From Minisyncoccota bacterium (GTDB taxonomy: Bacteria; Patescibacteriota; Minisyncoccia; Phycocordibacterales; UBA9973): a DNA stretch of 64,000 nt. The position numbers and the translations under genes were made by a program. Below the pieces are notes generated by a model, which saw only the letters and a list, made by a program, of their open reading frames with translations, searched no databases and was not told the DNA's origin. The stretch is taken from assembly GCA_021734995.1 (NCBI GenBank), contig JAIPHX010000003.1, positions 75,969 to 139,968 of the forward strand. Reading direction: 5' to 3'. Below, one piece after another: positions 57,264-64,000 of this stretch (position 1 is the stretch's first letter; each line of letters starts with the position of its first letter).

Positions 57264-57770
57264 ATGAAAATATACATATCAAGCGATCATGCTGGATTTG
57301 AGCTAAAAAAGTTTTTAAAAGAAGCTTTGACTGGTCTAGATTATGAAGTCGTAGATAATGGCCCAGATACTTATTCATCAGATGATGATTACCCAGATTA
57401 TATATCTATTACAGCAGATTTAGTCTCTAAAGAAAAAGAAAGTTTTGGAATTGTAATTGGCGGTTCAGGACAAGGGGAAGCTATTTGTGCAAACAGATAC
57501 AAGGGGGTGCAGGCCATAGTTTGCTATGGTTTGGTCCATTCTTTAGGAGAGCTTGATGTTTCGGGTTCAAAATCTACAGGAGATGGTTTTGACATTATCC
57601 GTCTTGGAAGAATGCACAATAATGCTAATATTCTTTCTTTGGGGTCTCGTTTCGTATCAAAAGAAGATGCTTTAAATGCAGTTCAAATATTTTTGAATAC
57701 TAAGTTTTCTGAGGAAGAAAGGCATGTTCGTAGAATTTTAAAAATTGATAATCAAAACAAAAATGGCTGA
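57264..57770 (+). CDS. rpiB: ribose-5-phosphate isomerase B
   Basis: SDHAG..LK, DDYPD, GGSGQG, R.HNNAN, RH.RR. Confidence 0.93.
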   Translation: MKIYISSDHAGFELKKFLKEALTGLDYEVVDNGPDTYSSDDDYPDYISITADLVSKEKESFGIVIGGSGQGEAICANRYKGVQAIVCYGLVHSLGELDVSGSKSTGDGFDIIRLGRMHNNANILSLGSRFVSKEDALNAVQIFLNTKFSEEERHVRRILKIDNQNKNG

Positions 57771-58479
57771 TATTATCCCCGCAATTTTATCAAACAACTA
57801 TGAAGATTTAAAAAATAATCTTTCTTTGGTGCGTCATATCGTGCCAATTGTGCAGATTGATATTTGCGATGGTATTTTTACCCCTCATATGACTTGGCCA
57901 TTTTTAAAAAAACCAAAAGGGGATGTAAATGAATTTGAATTGGATTATCATTTTCAAAAAATATTAAACGAGCAGGAAGGTATGCCTTTTTGGGAAGATT
58001 TAGAGTTTGAATTGGATTTAATGGTGCAAGATGCAATGGAAAATTTTGATATATATACAAAAATGGGACCAAGACGAATTGTTTTTCATTTGGAAGCTTT
58101 AAAATCTTTGGAAGACTTTAAAGAATTTTTGGAAGGTGTTGATCCTTTTATAAAAGAATCTGTAGATATTGGTATTGCCTTTGGAACAAATATTGATTTG
58201 GAAAAAGTATACACCTTCGGTAATGTTGTAGATTTTTTTCAAGTAATGGGAATTAAAAAAATAGGTTTTCAAGGAGAGCCTTTTAATGAAGAATGTTTGG
58301 ACTATGTAAAAGCATTAAAAGAAAAATTTCCCGATGTGCCTGTATCAGTAGATGGATCTGTAAATTTTGACACAGCCAACGATCTTTTGTCTGTGGGAGC
58401 AGATAGGTTGGTCATTGGTTCAGCAATTTTTAATACAAATGATATAATAAATACTATAGAAGAGTTTAAAAATTTATAA
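57763..58479 (+). CDS. rpe: ribulose-phosphate 3-epimerase
   Basis: IIPAIL, QIDICDG.F, MG....GFQG, VDG.V, GSAIF. Confidence 0.88.
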   Translation: MADIIPAILSNNYEDLKNNLSLVRHIVPIVQIDICDGIFTPHMTWPFLKKPKGDVNEFELDYHFQKILNEQEGMPFWEDLEFELDLMVQDAMENFDIYTKMGPRRIVFHLEALKSLEDFKEFLEGVDPFIKESVDIGIAFGTNIDLEKVYTFGNVVDFFQVMGIKKIGFQGEPFNEECLDYVKALKEKFPDVPVSVDGSVNFDTANDLLSVGADRLVIGSAIFNTNDIINTIEEFKNL

Positions 58480-58508
58480 GTATAATTTTTTTTAAACAAA
58501 AATACAAA

Positions 58509-59375
58509 ATGAGTTTTTTAAGTGATAAAAAAATAAAAGAATTAGAGCTTAAAGCAAATGAAATTCGTCAATCCTTGATTGAAATGTTGCTTGAAGCTGG
58601 AAGTGGGCATACTGCTGGACCTCTTGGTATGGCAGATATTTTTACTCTTTTCTATTTTCATATTTTAAAGCATAAACCAGAGGATCCATTTTGGGAAGAA
58701 AGAGATAGGGTAGTATTATCTAACGGCCATATATGCCCAATACTTTATACAGTGATGGCTTGCGCGGGATATTTTCCTGTAGAAGAATTAAAAACACTTC
58801 GCAAGTTTGGGTCTCGTTTGCAAGGACATCCTCATAGAGAGTTTTTACCATTTTTAGAAACATCTTCTGGTCCGCTTGGATCTGGATTGTCTCAAGCTGT
58901 CGGAATGGCTTTAGCTGATAAAATAGATCATAAAGAAAAAGACAGGTATATATATTGTTTTATGTCTGATGGTGAACACAATGAAGGAAATACATGGGAA
59001 GCGATAATGCTAGCTGGAAAAAATAGGTTGCACAACCTTATCGCTATTATAGATAGAAATAATATTCAGATTGATGGATTTACAGAAGATATAATGCCTT
59101 TAGAATCTTTGACTCAAAAATGGAAATCTTTCAATTGGCATGTAATGGAAGTTGGAGGACATGATTTGCGAGCAATCAATGAAGCAATAAATGAAGCGCA
59201 CTCTATATATTCAAAACCTATAGTAATTATTGCAAATGTAATTCCTGGAAAAGGAGTGAAAGAATTTGAAAGAGATTATACTTGGCATGGGAAACCACCT
59301 ACAAAAGAAGAAGCAAACATGGCACTTAGAGAATTGCGTACTTTAAAAGGAAAGATAAAAAGTGAACATCAATAA
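58509..59375 (+). CDS. transketolase N-terminal subunit
   Basis: SGH, LSNGH, LQGHP, SDGE..EG. Confidence 0.93.
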   Translation: MSFLSDKKIKELELKANEIRQSLIEMLLEAGSGHTAGPLGMADIFTLFYFHILKHKPEDPFWEERDRVVLSNGHICPILYTVMACAGYFPVEELKTLRKFGSRLQGHPHREFLPFLETSSGPLGSGLSQAVGMALADKIDHKEKDRYIYCFMSDGEHNEGNTWEAIMLAGKNRLHNLIAIIDRNNIQIDGFTEDIMPLESLTQKWKSFNWHVMEVGGHDLRAINEAINEAHSIYSKPIVIIANVIPGKGVKEFERDYTWHGKPPTKEEANMALRELRTLKGKIKSEHQ

Positions 59376-59379
59376 AATT

Positions 59380-60372
59380 ATGCTTAACCCTAAATTAAAA
59401 CTTAATCCAAAATTTTTTAGCTCTGAAGTGGAGCAAGTACCTATCCGTAAAGGTTTTGGCAAAGGGCTTGTCTTAGCAGGAGAAGAAAATGAAAAAGTAG
59501 TAGCTTTGTGTGCAGATCTTACTGAGTCCACCCAAATGCATTTGTTTAAAGAAAAATTTCCTGAAAGATTTGTAGAAGTAGGAGTCGCAGAGCAAAATCT
59601 AGTAACAGTAGCTTCAGGAATGTCTGCAATGGGTAAAATTCCTTTCTGTTCTTCTTATGCAATGTTTTCTCCTGGAAGAAATTGGGAACAGATTCGCACC
59701 ACTATCGCATACAATGATAGAAAAGTGGTGGTAGTAGGATCACATGCTGGTATTTCTGTTGGTCCAGATGGGGGAACACATCAAGCTCTAGAAGATATTG
59801 CTTTAATGCGAGTAATTCCAAATCTTGATGTTATTTCTCCTTGTGATTCTATTGAAGCACAAAAAGCTACTCTTGCTTTGGCAAAAAGTAAAAGGCCTGC
59901 ATATTTGCGATTGGCTAGAGAAAAAACTCCTGTAATCACTACAGAAGAAACTCCTTTTGAAATAGGAAAGGCAGAGGTATATTGGATTCCAGAAGTTGGA
60001 TTAGCACAAGTTGGAATTATTGCTACAGGAGGTCTTTTGTACAAAGCATTGTTGTCCGCAAAAGAATTAGAAAAAAAAGGAATTAAAGTAAAGGTTATGA
60101 ATATGTCTTCAGTAAAGCCATTTGATAAAGAGGCAGTATTGGCTCTTGCAAAAGAAACTAAAAAAATCGTCACAGTAGAAGAGCATCAGACAGCAGGAGG
60201 ATTGGGGAGTGTGGTAGCTGAATTTTTGGCAGAAAATTATCCTGTGCCCATGAGATTTGTGGGAGTAAAAGATAGATTTGGGCAGTCAGGCACACCTGAA
60301 GAATTGATAAAAGAGTACAATTTAGATGTAAAAGACATTATAGCAAAGGTCGGGGAATTGTTATCAAATTAA
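59380..60372 (+). CDS. transketolase C-terminal subunit
   Basis: GVAEQN, GPDGGTHQ, TVEEH. Confidence 0.93.
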   Translation: MLNPKLKLNPKFFSSEVEQVPIRKGFGKGLVLAGEENEKVVALCADLTESTQMHLFKEKFPERFVEVGVAEQNLVTVASGMSAMGKIPFCSSYAMFSPGRNWEQIRTTIAYNDRKVVVVGSHAGISVGPDGGTHQALEDIALMRVIPNLDVISPCDSIEAQKATLALAKSKRPAYLRLAREKTPVITTEETPFEIGKAEVYWIPEVGLAQVGIIATGGLLYKALLSAKELEKKGIKVKVMNMSSVKPFDKEAVLALAKETKKIVTVEEHQTAGGLGSVVAEFLAENYPVPMRFVGVKDRFGQSGTPEELIKEYNLDVKDIIAKVGELLSN

Positions 60373-60381
60373 TTATTTTAT

Positions 60382-60621
60382 GTGATGGTAATAAAAGTAG
60401 AGTATTTAGGAGCACAACCAGACAAAGAAGCTGTAAAAAATTTGATTAATAAGGTTAGATATGCAAAGGGATATATGTATCCACAAGGTGCAAATGATAT
60501 TGAATTTCCCTCCTTAGATTCATTTCTTGATATATTACAAAAAGAAAATTTAACCCTAGAAGAGTTTAATAAAGTGCAAAAAAATTTTGAAGCAATGATG
60601 AATAGTAAACAGGAAAGATGA
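60382..60621 (+). CDS. hypothetical protein
   Basis: Short ORF after transketolase. Confidence 0.4.
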   Translation: MMVIKVEYLGAQPDKEAVKNLINKVRYAKGYMYPQGANDIEFPSLDSFLDILQKENLTLEEFNKVQKNFEAMMNSKQER

Positions 60622-60687
60622 CTAAAATTATATTTTAATATATTATTTTCTATTTTTCCCTTACCAATTTTTAATATAATTTTCTTA

Positions 60688-61011
60688 TTATTCTTCTGAT
60701 AACGCATTCGACAATGTTAAAAAAAGAGATATCTGTTCATTTTGAACATCTTTGTTTTTTATTGAGGGTATTTGTTTAAATATTTTTTCTATCCTTAACT
60801 TAATTGATGTTTTAAATTGTTCTTCTATCTCTTCCCCTAGTTTTATATCCCTCTTTTTAATTTCTTGTAAAATTTCTTTTAAACTTGATATTAATGTTTT
60901 AGGGTCTGCTGGTGTTCCTATCGTAAGTATTTGTGCTATATAGCTATTAGCTAGAATGATTTTTTTATTAAATGATTGCTCACTTTCTCCATGTATGTCA
61001 CCGCCTTCCAT
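60688..61011 (-). CDS. hypothetical protein
   Basis: Starts 3 nt after PfkB stop. Confidence 0.5.
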   Translation of the reverse strand: MEGGDIHGESEQSFNKKIILANSYIAQILTIGTPADPKTLISSLKEILQEIKKRDIKLGEEIEEQFKTSIKLRIEKIFKQIPSIKNKDVQNEQISLFLTLSNALSEE

Positions 61012-61014
61012 ATT

Positions 61015-62016
61015 TTATATCTTAGTTACTTTATAATCTGCCGGAGCATTATTTAGATAATACTCTAATTTTTCTTTTTGCAAAAGTCCTTTTTGTGCAC
61101 CAATATATTGGACTACAGACATAGAATTTATCGGTCCCAAAGCAAATGCTTCTAAGGGTGTTTTACCTAAAGCTATTGCAGAAGTAAAAGTAGAAGCAAA
61201 AGCATCTCCTGCTCCTGTGCGATCTGTTGGTGGAGCAATATCAGGATATATTGGATTATGCCAAACTTCACTATCTACATAAAGATACGCTCCATTTGGA
61301 CCATCGCTGATCACTACAATTTTTGGTCCTAAGGCTTTGATTCCTTCTGATAATACTTTTATGTCTTTTGAATCATTATTTAATATTTTTTGAGCTTCTT
61401 CTAAATTGCAGAAGAATAATTCTGTTTTAGCATAGATGTCTTTTAATTTTTCTGTTCCAAGTTTTATTTGGAAAGTACCAGGTTGGAAAGCAAGCTTGGT
61501 AGATGGATTTTTTTCTAAATATGATGCAACTTCTGCGTGATAAGGGAGGGAATTTTCAGAAAGGGAGCTTAGATAAATCCAAGACACATTTTTTATATCA
61601 GGCATTTTGTATTCAAAAGCAGTGTGCTTGATAAGGATCGTACGATCTACATCATAAAGTAATACATAATGATAATTTGTTTTTTTACCAGCTTCAGTTG
61701 TAATATAATCAATCAATACATTGTCTTTCTTGAGCCATTCTAGACATTCTTTTCCTTCATCATCATCTCCAATATTTGCTACTAAAGCAGACCTCAAACC
61801 AAGTCTTGAAGCAGATACTGCTGCGTTGGCGCTATTGCCTACAGCAGGTATTACAGTGACTTCTTCATAAGGGACTTTGTCTCCAAAACGAACACACAGC
61901 TCACATTCTTTATTGTCCACTCTGCAGTGAACGTTTGCATCTTTTAATCTAATAAAAGCATCGGTTACAATATCACCGATTGCTAAAAAATCAATATTGC
62001 TTTCTTGTTTATCCAT
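61015..62016 (-). CDS. PfkB-family carbohydrate kinase
   Basis: GNSANAA...SRLG, DRTGAGDAF. Confidence 0.92.
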   Translation of the reverse strand: MDKQESNIDFLAIGDIVTDAFIRLKDANVHCRVDNKECELCVRFGDKVPYEEVTVIPAVGNSANAAVSASRLGLRSALVANIGDDDEGKECLEWLKKDNVLIDYITTEAGKKTNYHYVLLYDVDRTILIKHTAFEYKMPDIKNVSWIYLSSLSENSLPYHAEVASYLEKNPSTKLAFQPGTFQIKLGTEKLKDIYAKTELFFCNLEEAQKILNNDSKDIKVLSEGIKALGPKIVVISDGPNGAYLYVDSEVWHNPIYPDIAPPTDRTGAGDAFASTFTSAIALGKTPLEAFALGPINSMSVVQYIGAQKGLLQKEKLEYYLNNAPADYKVTKI

Positions 62017-62180
62017 GCTAGTATTATAACATATCCTTTTTAGAGATTTAATTTTTGTTCAATTTACAAAATTTTAAATTCAAAAAAAGAAAAAATGTTT
62101 TTGCCATTATAAATATAATTTACAGACCGCTCCGAGTGGCAAAAATGTTTATGTCTATATATTATCGTGCGAGAGTCTTT

Positions 62181-63314
62181 ATGTTTTTTAAGTTTTTGGT
62201 TTTTGGTTTTTTGTTATTTATTAATTTCACCGTAGCTAATGCAATTTCAATTACTGAGATTATGTATGATTCGGAAGGATCAGATGTTGATTGGCTTGAA
62301 ATCTATAACAATGAGAGTGAAAGTATAGATGTATCAAGTCTAAAGCTTTTGGTTAGTAATTCTACAGCCAATCACTCAATAAAAAAATATGCGGGTGAGT
62401 CTTCCTTGGCTTCTGGAGAATATGGGGTGATAGTAGTAAATTCTCAAATTACTTCTTTTATTGAGAAGTGGGGAAGTATTGGCAATATTTTTACTGCGAG
62501 TTTTAGTTTGCCAAATGTTTCTGAAGATCAGATCGCTAAAGTTGAGCTTAATGCTGGAGATAAAAACACTCCTCTTGCTTCTGTTGTTTATGAAGCATTG
62601 TTTGGGGCAAAAGGAGACGGCTCTTCTTTGCAGTTGTTTGACGGAGAATGGAAGAGTTCTACCCCTACTCCTTTTGTGGAAAATATTTTCAATTCTATAG
62701 ATTCAGAAGAGGGTGAAAGTGAAGAAAGCTCAGACAATAAAGATTCAGATTCTAAGAAAAGTACACCCAAAAAACCAATTATAAGTGCCAAAATATCTTC
62801 CCCTAGCGTGGTTTTTGCGGGGGAACCGTTTCTTATAAAAGGGATGATTACTGAAAATAACAAAGATGCTCAGTATGATGGAAAATATTTTTGGAATACA
62901 GGGGATGGGGTGGCAGTGACTCAATATGGTCTTCCTAAAAAAATTAGTCATATATATCACTACTCTGGAGAGTATCCTCTTTTTTTAAAATATTTTCCAG
63001 ATGTTTTCGCGGAAGATCCTACTTTTGAAGCTCGTATGAATATAAAATCTGTACCGATAGAAATATCTATCAAAAAGTTTGAAAATAATCATAATGATTT
63101 TGCTATTGAAATAATAAACAATTCTTCTTATGAAATGGATATATCTTCTTGGTTTTTATGGTCTGAAAATAGAATGTTCATATTTCCCAAATATACTGCT
63201 ATCCTACCAAAGAAAAGCATGATTCTCTCAGGTAAAGTTAGTGGTTTTTCTTTTATAGATGAATTTTCTTTGAAATTGTATTCAAGTACTGGTGCATATG
63301 TAATAGGTTTTTAA
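62181..63314 (+). CDS. secreted lamin-tail-domain / PKD protein
   Basis: ITEIMYD...DWLEIYN, PTP...N, WNTGDG, second LTD-like region. Confidence 0.75.
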   Translation: MFFKFLVFGFLLFINFTVANAISITEIMYDSEGSDVDWLEIYNNESESIDVSSLKLLVSNSTANHSIKKYAGESSLASGEYGVIVVNSQITSFIEKWGSIGNIFTASFSLPNVSEDQIAKVELNAGDKNTPLASVVYEALFGAKGDGSSLQLFDGEWKSSTPTPFVENIFNSIDSEEGESEESSDNKDSDSKKSTPKKPIISAKISSPSVVFAGEPFLIKGMITENNKDAQYDGKYFWNTGDGVAVTQYGLPKKISHIYHYSGEYPLFLKYFPDVFAEDPTFEARMNIKSVPIEISIKKFENNHNDFAIEIINNSSYEMDISSWFLWSENRMFIFPKYTAILPKKSMILSGKVSGFSFIDEFSLKLYSSTGAYVIGF

Positions 63315-63324
63315 GATGATAAAC

Positions 63325-63357
63325 AAAAAAATACAGCAAATGGTCGCTGTATTTTTT
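63325..63357. terminator. bidirectional terminator
   Basis: AAAAAATACAGC...GCTGTATTTTTT between convergent genes. Confidence 0.75.
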
Positions 63358-63370
63358 GAAAATATTTTGT

Positions 63371-64000
63371 TTAGATAGCGCTCGCAGAAGAAGTGTCGAT
63401 GTTTGTTTTTATGGGTAGGATGTCTTTTATAGTAGGTTCTATTTTTGTTTCTTCTTTTGAAATAGGAGTAGTATTTTGCTCTGTGGATTTTGTCTCTGTT
63501 TTTACTTCTTCTTTTTTGTCTATAGAAGAAATATTTTCATCAAGCTCTGTGTTGATATTGATATCTAGGCTTTCAAGTTCTTTTTGGATTAAATCAAACT
63601 CTATATTCTCTTCTATTTGGACATCTATTTTTTCTAATCTAGCACTAATGTTTGATTCTACTTTTTCTTTCACTTCTTTTGCTATCTCAGGATTATCTTT
63701 GTTGACTTCTTCTATGCTTGCAGATATTTTTTCTTTTTCTAGTTGGATTTCTGTTTCAGCAATAGATCTATTGGCTGGGGTGATTCTCTTCTCTTTAATC
63801 AATGTTTCAATTTCGGAAAATCTGTCCTCTATTCTTTTTTGTCTTAAAGCAACCTTTTTTTCTGGAGTAAATGTAATTTTTTCTTCAATGCTTTCTATCA
63901 GGTCTGTCTTTACTGAATATAGAAAATCACCGGGGAGAGAATCTGCGGATGCATAAGATAGGCCACCTAAAATCAAAATGATTGCAAAAGCAGAAGCAAA
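63371..64000 (-). CDS. DUF5667-like protein (5' end beyond window)
   Basis: SLPGDFLY.VK...E...R..E pattern. Confidence 0.7.
   Translation of the reverse strand, partial: FASAFAIILILGGLSYASADSLPGDFLYSVKTDLIESIEEKITFTPEKKVALRQKRIEDRFSEIETLIKEKRITPANRSIAETEIQLEKEKISASIEEVNKDNPEIAKEVKEKVESNISARLEKIDVQIEENIEFDLIQKELESLDININTELDENISSIDKKEEVKTETKSTEQNTTPISKEETKIEPTIKDILPIKTNIDTSSASAI

Noticed and set aside
52991-63956. Antisense ORFs over gap, transketolase and the DUF5667-like gene
   Set aside because: Shadows of well-supported genes on the opposite strand.
1-64000. Alternative genetic code (UGA=Gly)
   Set aside because: Conserved genes are full length under code 11 and several end naturally at TGA (e.g. 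the ABC permease).

Overview
AT-rich bacterial chromosome segment in standard code 11. Gene content and style (leaderless TG-n-TATAAT promoters, split transketolase, many small secreted/membrane orphans) suggest Patescibacteria/CPR (inference). Left to right: tRNA-Ala(UGC); a tRNA-Asn(GUU) split by a 248-nt group I intron; a ~9.2-kb island integrated at the 3' end of that tRNA by a large serine recombinase (LSR); a ~15-kb array (11.6-26.7 kb) of mostly single-gene cassettes separated by ~20 copies of an ~85-bp att-like repeat; further accessory genes; then housekeeping genes (msrA, MacAB-like ABC, raiA, fmt, def, hisS, lepB, pth, dnaE, gap, rpiB, rpe, transketolase, PfkB kinase). Main candidate novel system: an integron-like cassette array apparently built by the LSR. 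Its att site lies inside the recombinase gene. Integration cuts off the recombinase C-terminus, and the left arm of most repeats encodes, antisense, an alternative recombinase C-terminal tail (xLxxxDDVRT/FRTxDW). Other notable signals: a multi-stem RNA with switchable pairing in the island, and two integrase-free insertions flanked by duplicated 3' ends of msrA and gap. All calls are by eye; no database searches were run.
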